NCBI GenBank assembly: GCA_028534125.1
Contig: CM052832.1
Coordinates: forward strand, 6,698,001 to 6,762,000
Origin: Lama glama
Lineage: Eukaryota
Reading direction: 5' to 3'
Length of the DNA: 64,000 nt
The notes under the pieces are model-generated. The model searched no databases. It was not told where the DNA came from and was given only the letters and a program-made list of their open reading frames with translations. The translations under genes were made by a program, and so were the position numbers. Shown in pieces: positions 1-10,709 of this stretch. Each line of letters begins with the position of its first letter. The first letter of the stretch is position 1.

Positions 1-344
1 TCTTGCATGACATTCCATTCCCTCTCTCGTGTTTACTCCGAAGGAGCCATTTATAAATGACAAGCTTTGACTATTTATAAACAAATCAGGAAATCTGTGG
101 CATCTGGGAGGCACACATCAGCCTCTCTGAACTGGCACCCTGATTATTAGCAAATGAATGGCCGTCAGCTTAATTGCAAGAGATTAGCTAATCGATCAGC
201 ACATGTTTAATTAGTGTCCCCCTATGAGCGAGATGCTACGACATACCATGGGAATGCAGAGAATTAGAGAGGCAGCTGCCATTTCCTGAGTTCTCATGCA
301 TTACCCATATGGGGGTTCTTTTAATTTTATAGGTTTATGGGGTC

Positions 345-480
345 ACTATTATGTCTCTGTTTTGTAGATGAGGAAACTGAGGCATAGAACAGGAGAGCAA
401 TCCAAGGTCATATAGTTAAGAAGTAGCCATATAGGGGTTTGAAGCCAAAGCTTTCTGACTCCAAATTTTGTCCTCTGAAC
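345..480 (-). mobile_element. MIR SINE
   Basis: Core motif TTTTGTAGATGAGGAAACTGAGGCA...CCAAGGTCATATAG...CTGACTCCAAA. Confidence 0.8.
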
Positions 481-1529
481 CAGTACCCTCTACAATTTTT
501 TCCTCTCTGAACTTCCAGCCTAGTCAGGATTTAGTCCCGACTTTATCTCTTACCACAGCAGACTGATAAGATTTTAGACAAAGGGAATGCAAATTCTTTA
601 TAGCAAGCAGGAAGTAAGATCCTTATTTAGGCCAAGTAAGTAGTATTGATGGTGCACGTTGGGAATGATCTCAAGAGGCCCTCTGCCCCATTAGCTAACT
701 TCTGCCAGAAAAAGACAGCTGGGCCCTTGGCCTTGATGGTCTTCTTCAGTTAGTTAATAATAAATAACTCTGTACACTAAGTCCCTTGTTCTTTTACTTG
801 GGGCTACACTTCACAGCTGAGTCACCCTGCCAGTTCCGCTGGGAATCATGCTACTCTGATTTAGTCATGGAAGAAAGTATTACGGAGGTTTTCCTACTGC
901 CGGGCTGGGGCATGGCTCCTAGCTGAACATTTTCCAAGCTTAAAGTCATTTCCACTAGGTTCTCTGGAGGACATCTCTGGGGTCTTAATTAAATCCTTGA
1001 ACCAGCACCTGAGGAGTCTCCAGTCTTCCACTGAAGCAGGCTGGCGACTTTGTGGGTATGCTCCCCTGAGCATCCGACTGGGGGAGAGTGTTTCAGCCCC
1101 TCCACGTTTCAGGAGAGAATGTGGTCCTACCTTCCTCTCATTTAGATGCTGCCCTTGCCAGACATGGAGCCTGGGGCTTCCAGCCTGTGAAACGTGGGTC
1201 TACGACCTTGAAGAAAAAGCACTGGGGAAGACAGGCTGGAGGACCTGGGTCCCCGACGCTGCCTTGGCGATATTCTAAGTTCTGCCTTTGTTTCAAGTTA
1301 GAGCTCCAAAAGGCGGTACCCTGGGACCGCTTCTCCCCTTAGAATCGCCCTTGAATTTCCCAAGTTGTTCTGAGCTACGGCCTTAGGCACATCACATCTT
1401 TCTTTTGCAATATCAGTTGTCATAGAGGACAGTATTCAGCCTGCCATCCGAGGCCCCACACAAATTTCTACGTGCTGCTCCCGAAAGGGGAAGAAGAAGA
1501 AGCAAAACTTTGTTCCTGTAGAAGATACA

Positions 1530-2001
1530 GTCATCTTCCTCCTTTCTGATAGGACCTTATAACTGTATCATCTTTGCCTTTTAGTAAGGGGCCTAGAGCC
1601 CATTCTCAGCGGTGGCCTCATCCTTATGATCTGGCTGCCTCAACTTTTATGGTCTTAGTGCTCTGGTTCGCTTTTATTTGATACAGAAAACAAACTTAGG
1701 GTTACAGGGTGGGGTAAGGGGGAGGGGTAAATTAGGAATTTAGGATTAGCAGACACAAACTACTATATATAAAATAGATAAACAAGATTCCTACTGTAGA
1801 GCTCAGGGAACTATACTCAGTACCTTGTAGTAACCTATAATGTAATAGAAAACGTACATAATTGAATCAGAGCACTAAGACCATAAAAGCTGAGGAGGGC
1901 AGATCATAAGGATGAGGCCACCGCTGAGAATGGGCTCTGGGCCCCTCACTAAAAGGCAAAGACGATGGTTACAAGGTCCCACCAGAAAGGAGGAAGATGA
2001 C
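1530..2001. repeat. Inverted duplication: arms 1530-1669 and 1864-2001
   Basis: The reverse complement of 1864-2001 aligns to 1530-1669 with about 12 mismatches and one 2-nt gap (manual count). Confidence 0.95.
1681..1855 (+). mobile_element. L1 3'UTR internal fragment (no poly-A tail)
   Basis: ACAGAAAACAAACTTAGGGTTAC...ATATAAAATAGATAAACAAG...CAGGGAACTATACTCAGTACCTTGTAGTAACCTATAATG; same family as the other L1 tails in the window. Confidence 0.85.
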
Positions 2002-2329
2002 CACACCGTCAGCTGCTCTTCAGTGTTGTCTTCTGCATGGACAATAAGAAACACCCTTCGGCATGCTGCCTGGGAGAGAATTCTTCCTTTGGTTATATTC
2101 CATGTAGATCCCGGAAGTTAATTTTCAGTTAAAATTGTTGGAAGAATTCTCTGCGGTTGCTGGTCTGCCCGGCTCTGGGCCATGCATATGATGGTTCAGT
2201 ACATTTGGTTTCTGTTCAACACATGGTTGTTGAACCTCTGTGCTCTGTTCCCAGTTCACGAAATTCAGCTGATCAGAACTAGAGCTCAGTGACAGGGACG
2301 TGTGGTCGTAAAGGGAGGAAGTTGGCACG

Positions 2330-2628
2330 TGACAACTCTGCTGGACGTTGGTTGTCCAGCGTCCGCTCTCCTTTTCCTCCTAAGAGAACCCCATTTTTTT
2401 CAGGTATGGCTACTGTTCCCACACTCAGTTCTTGTGCCTAAGGAGAAGCTGACCCCGTCTTGAGCCCCGTGAGAGTCTAGTTTGAAAGCAGCCTTATCCA
2501 CATTGTCAGTGATTGGCTCACTCATAGACATCCAGGCTTCGAGTCATGTAAACAAGACTGTGTGCATGTTGTTTAAGCCAATTTGAGTTGGGTTTTCTGT
2601 GATTTGGAGTCAGAAGTATTCTGATACA
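2330..2628 (+). mobile_element. MaLR LTR (MLT1-type), degenerate
   Basis: 3' end GTTTAAGCCAATTTGAGTTGGGTTTTCTGTGATTTG...CTGATACA is typical of old MLT1. Confidence 0.6.
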
Positions 2629-3421
2629 TCCACTTAGCATGAATCAATTCTACTTGTCAATGTTGGAGTTTCTGACTCTGCTTTTTGATTCCTCCCTCAA
2701 GTCGCCCTCCGTGTTTAGTGATTGGCTGTTGAGTAGAACTCGCCTAGAGACAGCGTGGGGCAGACTCACTAAAGCCCGTCACGTGGTCACAGGCAAGGCC
2801 GGCAGACCTCTGCTTAGACTTGGGAAGTGTCATGGGATAGGTGTCGAGGGATGTAACGGGATCTTCCGTGATTTAAGAGAAGGAGTAGAAAAAAGTTATG
2901 TAGTCTGTTGGTAGGGAAGTACCGTCTCCTCACTCACCCCTGAGGAGGTAGAATGTCACATCTGCTTGGTCGATTTGGGGGGAAAAAGTTGGAAATGTTT
3001 TGCATAGTTCATCATTTTCTTCCTCCTTCTGGGATTGGGCGTTCCCAAAGGAAGGAGGAATTCTCTTCTGCCCTCCGTGTTGTGAGTCTTAGATGGACAG
3101 AGTCACTGCAGAAAAGATTTTCCTGGCCCAGCTTTGCTTGTGTCTAATGACGTCTGGCCAGCCTCATGTGGCTCTTACTGAGTGGCTTAGCGCACACTGA
3201 GCGAGCATCTGTGATTAATGAGAGTGGTATTTTGGCCACCGTCTTTGCTTGCTTATTTTGTTCCCCAAATTGTTTGCAACCAAGGTTATTTTTTGGACAC
3301 CCAACAGCGTTGATTCTCATTGTAAACAGGGCTTTGTCAGAAATCATCGCCCAGGGTAAAGACACTGTGAGCATCATGCCTCATTCATGAAAATGGTAGA
3401 GCTGGTCCCAACTTTCGTGTC

Positions 3422-3689
3422 TTTTTTTTTTTTTGATGTATAGTCAGTTTACAATGTTGTGTTAATTTATGGTGTACAGCACAGTGATTCAGTTGTACAT
3501 ACATACATAAATATATATTCCTTTTCATATTCTTCTCCATTACAGGTTCCTACAAGGTCCTGAATGTAATAGTTCCCTGTGCTCTACAGTAGGGACTTGT
3601 TGTTTATCTGTTTTATATGTAGTAATTAGCATCTGCAAATCCCAAACTCCCAATTTATCCTTCCCCATCCCCATTCCCCACTGGTAACT
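3422..3689 (-). mobile_element. L1 3' end
   Basis: Poly-T followed by GATGTATAGTCAGTTTACAATGTTGTG...AGTTCCCTGTGCTCTACAGTAGG. Confidence 0.9.
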
Positions 3690-6084
3690 AAAGCCTGTCG
3701 CATGGTCTGCATATCTTCTTTTTAATTTTTTAGTTAAAATGAGTTCTTAGCCATTTAGGTCATTGGTCTGTTGAGCAGCTGATGAAAGATAAAGACCCTC
3801 TCTGCAGAAAAATGCACAAACACAACTTTTATACAGTGTTGGGGTAGACATATATCCCCCTCCAAATCTACCCTGGAACCCTTGTGTGTCTATGCATCTT
3901 GGGTTAAGGCTCATGAGTTAAGTCCTCAAAAGATAGCTTACTGAGCAATAAGTATAAATTGAAAAAGAAGCCTGCAAAAAAAAGAAAAGAAAAGAAAGAA
4001 AAGAAAAAAACACCAGTGTGGTGCTGCAAGTGACTCACAGAGGTGCCTGGGAACACACATCCAATGCGGGGAGTGAACTGTGCATTGGGGCTGGATGCTG
4101 ACTGCGTGACAGAATCCTGCAGGAGGTTTAAACAAAGAGACTTCAATGGAGAGCCTACCCACTGAAGTGTGGGCAGGATTATGATAACTAACCAGGGGGC
4201 TGAGGCACTCAGCGCCTGGCAGCGGTGGGGAGGTGTTACCCCCTTCAGGGTCAAAGAAGCAAAGAGAAGAAATAGTATCCCTGGGGCCTGGCAAGAGCTG
4301 GCACAGTCTGCAGGGGGGAGCTGTGTCAGACAGGAATGCAGACATCCTCCCCCCACTCTTTCTCTCTCTGCCCCCTCATCTCCCGCTGGGGCCTCCCATT
4401 GGCTGATGTGGACTGGAAGCCAGGAGACCAGGGGGCTGGGGGATGCATTCCATGGGGGCAGCTTCCTGGACATAGAGCAGAGCCAGGAAGTGCAGAGAAT
4501 GAATCCAGGCGGCCAATGGAGAATAACCAGGATAGCGCATCAGGCCAAAACTAAAGAAACAAGGTTAGGGGTCTGCGTGATGCCCACGGTGCTGGGAAGC
4601 CCTGATGGGGGCTTGGTCACTGCATAGAGGCTAGAGGTGTGTGCTGAAGACTAAGCCCAGAAGGAAGGGACTCTGGGCGTGGAAGAACAAAGCCCCAGAT
4701 TTTACAGAAGAAAATCTGCCCACCCCTGCTCTAGGCTGAAAGGTAAACACTTCTTAAATTATAAATCTGGATATTATATGCAGTCTAGAGCAGAGAGTAA
4801 AGTTTCTTCGAGCCAGTTGAATTTGAAGAGGAATTTAGGAGAATGCAAGAAGCCAAGATACATTTGTTTTTAATTATGGTTTGTCTCATACATGCATTTC
4901 AGAATGCTAGGATTAATTGCCGGCTCTGTAAACAAACATTAGAAATTAGAACATACACAGAAAAGAGGAGGAAAAAAATGTATCAGCCTACATATAGTTT
5001 ATTTTTATGATCTTATAATCTGAGATTATGTGTATTTCAAGAGTAAGCAAAATTAAATCAGCAGGGAAAATCCCCATGCTTAGTTTTAAAAGATGATGTG
5101 TTGAGCAGATCATCTGTTACTCTTGATAAGAGATCCATCAGTGTGGGGGAAAAAAAAAGAGTGATTCTCCATCTTGACTGAAAATAATGGGTCAGAATAA
5201 TTAAATGATTTAACTTGATCTTGAAGTGACATTTCAAATTCATCTTAACCTGCCAAGCCTTTGAAGTTCCACAGTGGCATAATTTTAATACTGGGGCTTT
5301 CAAGAGCTTTCTAAATAGGTCAGCATCTCATGTAATCTTCAGGCTGTCACTAGATATTTAGGATACTTGTTGGTAAGAGCAGGTGTTCTTTTGAACTTTC
5401 TTCTTTAAAAAAACAAAATCTGATGATGTGATTTGACAAGCCTAGAATTATCAATGGCTTTGAGGAAAAATAACCAAATAAATGCACACCTGAAAGTACA
5501 TTCAGTCAAGACTTTTCCATTTGTTAAACCATTCCTTAAACGATACCAATAGTAATGTACATGTTGAGATGGCGGCTTCTTTCCAGCTGAGCCTCCCTTG
5601 TGTTATAAACACAAGTCCCCTTGTGTGTTGCATTTAAATTTGCATGTAATTCTATAAAGGTCGGACCATCAGAAGGATAGGTATGTCCAAGATAATTGAA
5701 AGAAAGAGAAAAAAGAGAAACTCTTGTAGGAGGAGGGGAGACAGTCTGAAAAGAAGGAACTGAATAGAAAAGTGGGAGTTAGATGATAGCCAATGATCTT
5801 TGGGTTTATTTTGCCTGGAGGGGCCCAAAAGAAATGGCCCCTTTGGGGTGTCAGGAAGAAATCTGGATACTTCAGGATCCTGAGTTTTACTATTTTTTTT
5901 GCCTGGAGAACCATTTGGAAGAGTCTCAACCTTCTCAGAGTTCAGAAGACATGAAATTCGGATTTATTTCAAGCTGAGAAGGAAAGACAAGGGAACAGGG
6001 AAGGCTCAGCCAAAGCAGCTGAGTGTGAACCACACTTGGTTGGTTCTGGATGATCGCTGTGGTGTGATAGTCCTCACCATCCCA

Positions 6085-6310
6085 GGCTCTAGAGTTAAAA
6101 GACCCACATCCGCATCCTGGCCTGACCCATTCCAGCTGTACAATCTTGAGCAAATTCCTTAAGCTTTTCTGTCCCTCATTTCCTCATCTTTAAACAGGCA
6201 ACAGTACAGTACCCACCTGCAAGGGCTGTTCTGAAAGTTGAGTCCAAGAATGCAAGGAGAGCACCTGGTATGATGCCTGACATGGAGAACGCCACCAGAG
6301 GTGGGAGCTG
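6085..6310 (+). mobile_element. MIR SINE
   Basis: CTTGAGCAAATTCCTTAAGCTTTTCTGTCCCTCATTTCCTCATCTTTAAA core. Confidence 0.75.
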
Positions 6311-6909
6311 GTTTCATTTAAAACATGCCTGTAGATAACCTGCACTCTAGAATTACAGATAAACTGTAGTCAACCAGTAATTTTCTCATCCAGCAACTGG
6401 CTAAGTGAGCTTCATCTGATGATTCATGATTATGGAAGGGAAATGAAGCTTAGAGTAGAGAATTCAAGCCTATAAAATGAAATTTAAAATTCTTAAATGG
6501 GAAATGGAAGAGAGACCGTTAGATGAAATTGACAATTTCCTATTGATGTTCCCAGTATTTTTTCATGTGTCTTATAGTAAAAAGTGAAAGAAATGCCCAA
6601 GATTCTTATCTGTATTGATGTAAACTATTAAGACTGGTTTGGTGGATTGGCAGTTGGGACAGGCACACGTTTGCATAAATCCATGTGGAAGGTATGAAGA
6701 TGCCTTCTGGGAGAAGCTCAGGAGGGTGGCCTCCCTGCTACAGTGACCATCCACCAGCTCAGCACCAGCCACTCTACTACGGACACTGAAGAAGCTGTTT
6801 TGATGGGAGTGTTCCATGAAACACATACACACACACCAACACACAAACACACAAACACCGACTCACAGAAGCAGTGCTTAGGGAGAGGGACCTTCACAGT
6901 TTCTTCAGC

Positions 6910-7900
6910 ATTCAACTTGTACTAACTGAGCATCTGTTATGTGCTTAGCTGGGCATGCAGCAGTGAACCAGACAAAAACTGCCTTCATGCAGATCAACAT
7001 ACGGTAATGGACAAGCTCAGTGCAGGGGAGGGAACATCATTTTCCTCTACTTCTCTGAGTTCTTGGCTGAGACCCTGGTAATGAAAGACCAGGATTAACA
7101 AGAGAAAAACACTTAACATGAGAAAAACAAGCAGAAGTTTACTAGCATGTATATCTCATGTCTACAGGAAAAATGGTAAACTCCCCAGAGATGGCCCAAG
7201 CTGTTGCCTTAAGTACCTCTTCAGCTGAAGACAGAAGAAGGATGTTGGGCTGCCTTGGCCAATTATGGGAGGTTACCAGGGAAAAAGCAGTAAACAAGGC
7301 TAAGGTTGTGATGCAGATTTAAGTCATTGCCTTCACCAGTGATTAGATTTTCTTGTGATTTACAGTCATCCTTCTCTTCCTGGTCCAGAGAGGGAGATGC
7401 TTATAAATGGAGATTTCCTTTATTAATGTAAATTTCCTTTACAAAAGGGTAACCTCTACTCTGTTTTCAAAGATTCTCCTGTGTCTGCTGTTTCTCATAA
7501 ACAATCAGTTCAAAATAATCCTTATGCCAGAGAGGCATATTTAGGAGGTAGTATATTCTGCTCTCCTTCATCAGACAAGAAATAAGATAATTAAAATATG
7601 TCCTGTGTTAGATTGTGATAAATGGCAAAAAAAAAAAAAAAAAAAGCAGGACAGAGTGATAGGAAGTTACAAGTTGGGACCAGGGTTGCAATTTTAGAAA
7701 GGATGGCCAGGGAAGGCTCCACTGAGAGTGACATTTGAGTAAGACCTGAAAGACATGAGGGAACAGTGCGTATCAGTACCTGGAGAAAGAGCAGTCCAGG
7801 CGGAGGGAACAGGCTGGTGTGTGCCTGCCGGGTTCAAAGAGCGGCAGAGACTGGCATGGCTGAAGCAGAACCAGGAGGAGGGAGAACGAGGTGTAAGATG
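6910..7900 (-). mobile_element. L2 LINE fragments flanking the LTR (about 6910-7016 and 7575-7900)
   Basis: CTGAGCATCTGTTATGTGC...GCAGTGAACCAGACA on the left and GGCCAGGGAAGGCTCCACTGAGAGTGACATTTGAGTAAGACCTGAA on the right. Confidence 0.7.
7021..7570 (-). mobile_element. ERV1-class solo LTR (MER34/MER39-like) inserted in an L2
   Basis: TG...CA termini, perfect 4-bp TSD TCAG (7017-7020 and 7571-7574), and end motif AAAATAATCCTTATGCCAGAGAGGCATATTT...CCTTCA. Confidence 0.85.
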
Positions 7901-8194
7901 AGGCCATTTCTTCCTAGACCCTTGGCCCACCCCAGACTCCAGAGGACAAGGGGCCCACTGGCCCCTGAGGGTTAGTAGTTTGGGGGGCTCTTGGTGATAG
8001 CACTCGTGGCAGGGGCATCAGAATCCCAGGCTGGGTGTCAGCAGCAGGGGCTGCAGTGGAAAGGTCTCAAACAGCATCTCAGACAGCAGGTGCCCTCCAG
8101 CTGGGCCAGAGGGAATGAGAAAGTAGGCAGCACGTTGCAGAGACCAAGGAGCAGTTTGAGGAGACAACCCCTAAGGTCTCAGCCAAGCGGGATG

Positions 8195-8857
8195 TGTTAC
8201 GGAACCAAACTTGGGTCCACTTGCCCCCCAAGCGGCAAAGCCAATCTACTGACACTGGGTTGTGATGAAAGAAAGTGCAACGTTTATTTGCAGGGCACCC
8301 AGCAAGGAATACAGGCGGCTTGTGCTTCAAAGATCTGAATTCTCCTCTCCAGTGGCTTTCAGGGAAGGGTTTTTAAAGGCAATATTTGGGGTAAGGGCTC
8401 CAGGGGGCATGACTATCTTCTGATTGGTTGGTGGTGAGATAACGGAGTAGTGTTTTGGGAATTTTAATCGTCAGCCTTCTGGTTCCGCCTAGTCTGGGGT
8501 CTGCGTGCTTGTGCCCAGCACGTAGTCACCATCCTCCACCTGGTGGAGGGTCTCAGTTCCTGCAGAACAACTCAGAGATACGTGTCGGATTGTTCTGTGT
8601 GTCCCTCGAGGAGGGATTAGGACACTGTTTTATCGCTGAACTGTTGTCATTACTTTTCTTGCTTAACTTCTTTCCCTTTTTTTCTGCATTCCCTCACTTC
8701 CCTAATTAGTAATTGCTTGTATCTACTCTTTGGAACTCAGCCTTTAGCTGAGAACTTCAGCCTGAGGGACTAAAGCCTTTCTCTGTAAACAAAAAACAGG
8801 GGAAATGGAGGGGCTTTTGTACCCAGGAGGGACCCCGCAGGGTCCTGCTCAGTTTCA
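8195..8857 (-). mobile_element. ERV1-class solo LTR
   Basis: TGTTACGGAA...CTCAGTTTCA termini and 4-bp TSD GATG/GGTG (1 mismatch). On the minus strand, CCAAT (about 8425), a TA-rich box (about 8372) and AATAAA (about 8285) occur in U3-R order. Confidence 0.8.
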
Positions 8858-9256
8858 GGTGAGGCTGAGCAGACAGCTCAAGTCCCACCTAAGCCATGCA
8901 AACAAGAGTTGGTGGCATTTCTGTTACTCAGTTACTTCATTACTTTCTAGTTCCTAACAGGCTAGTGAGTATCAGAGAACCTGGAGCTGCAAGATTACGC
9001 AATTTACTGCTAACCTTCTGTATTAACTTAAAAAGTCAGTTCATATTTCCCACCTTGTCCCCTTTCCTTATCTGTACACTCTTGGAAGTGATGTTGAAAG
9101 GGCCAGACCAGTTGTGGGTTCGCATCGTAATTGCACAGTAAAATCCGGGAGGAAGTTTACATTGTGGAAGTGTGATCCGCTTTTGCATGTCCTACCTTTG
9201 GTCTTTCCTCCCTCTTTCTTTTTTTTAGAGGGGGGTGTCTATAAATTTCAGCTTAG

Positions 9257-9992
9257 TTTTTTTTTTAATTGAGATATAATTGATGTACAATATTATATAA
9301 ATTACATGCATACAGTATAGTGATTCACAATTTTTAAACATTATACTCCATTTATAGTTATTGTAAAATATTAGTTGTATTCCCCATGTGGTACAATATA
9401 TCCTTGTAGCTTATTTTGTACATCATAGTTTGCACCTCTTATCCCCTACCCTTATACTGCTCCTCCCCGCTTCCCTTTGCCCACTGGTGACCACCAGTTT
9501 GTTCTTGATACAGAGTGAGTCTGGTTCTTTTTTGTTATACTCACTAGTTTGTTTTATTTTTTAGATTCCCCATATAAATGATATCATACAGTATTTGTCT
9601 TTCTCTGTATGACTTGTTTCACTAAGCATAATACCCTTGAAGTCCATCCATAAACCATTTGCAGAAATAAGCTCAAAATGGGGTAAAGACCTAAATGTAA
9701 GACGGAAAACCATAAAAACATAGAGGAAAACATAGGGAGCACATTCTTTGACATAAATCATAGCAGTACTTTTTTGGATCTGTCTCCTAAAGCAAAGAAA
9801 ATAAAAGCAAAAATAAACAAATGACCGTATTAAACTTAAAAGCTTTTACACAGCAAAGGAAACCATTGACATAGTGAAAAGACAACCTACTGAATGGGAG
9901 ACGTTATTTGCAAATGATGTGACCGATAGGAGGTTAATATCCAAAATATATAAATAGCTCATACCAGCCAACATAAAACAAACAAACATCCC
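9257..9992 (-). mobile_element. L1 with inverted segment: 3' end on minus (9257-9651), ORF2 piece on plus (9652-9992)
   Basis: The minus part encodes WMDFKGIMLSE...KDKYCMIS (ORF2 end) plus 3'UTR and poly-T. The plus part (AAATAAGCTCAAAATGG...GACCTAAATGTAAGAC...AAAAGACAACCTACTGAATGGGAG) is an upstream ORF2 region. Confidence 0.85.
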
Positions 9993-10317
9993 ATGCCCTT
10001 CTCTTCAGTTCTCTGTGAAGTGTAACCAACATAAAGAGAACACATTCATGGAATTAGACTAGACACGGTAGGGAAAAATTGCAGGCTCTGAAATGAACCA
10101 AAAAGATGACTAGGTGTCATCCATGAAAACCAGGCATCCTCTAACGTTTCCTTCTTGATTATCTGATTCATGGGGTCTGTGAGTCTTCCGCTGTCTTTGA
10201 GCTATTTCAGACTGAAATTGGAGATAAGAGCACTTGTCCAGACATGCAAATGGATTTTTCCCGATGGAGGTTCAATTTATTTACCACCCCTACTGTGGAA
10301 GAGGCCCATTTTGTATC

Positions 10318-10709
10318 TGTTAAAAAACGAAGTGGAACTGAGTAATTGTTCAGGATCTTACTGGCTTTACTCAGCATTTCATGAACTGGGCAGCATCCAG
10401 TCTAGCAGGTAGAAGGGAGCTCTGCAGAGAGCTCTACATGGCAAAGGAATTTTTATGGCGAGAAGGGAGCAGGGACGAGGAGTTGTGCTGGGCACAAGAG
10501 CAGATGGGTTATTGCAAGGTTACTTTCCTTATAGGGGGTGGGAGGGGTCCATCAGGCAGATGACCTAACCAGTGCTGATCAGGCAAGTCCTGGTTGACTG
10601 GCTTAAGATTCCATAGCTGGGAGAGCTGAAACTGTTATGAAGTCTTGGTTTGGTGATGTCAGGGTTAGCACGGTGACTCCATCCTGGGCCTGTCGCCTTG
10701 TTTTAAACA
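10318..10709 (-). mobile_element. ERV1-class solo LTR (MER41-like; subfamily uncertain)
   Basis: TGTTAAAA...TTTTAAACA termini, 4-bp flanks TATC/GATC, and internal TTCATGAACTGGGCAGCATCC motif. Confidence 0.65.

Noticed and set aside
3904..4627. Overlapping 135-189 aa ORFs on both strands
   Set aside because: No recognisable protein family; they include low-complexity translation of an (AAAG)n tract in GC-rich, stop-poor sequence.
10318..10709. Possible interferon-responsive STAT1 enhancer in the MER41-like LTR
   Set aside because: I did not see an intact TTCNNNGAA site, and the subfamily call is uncertain.
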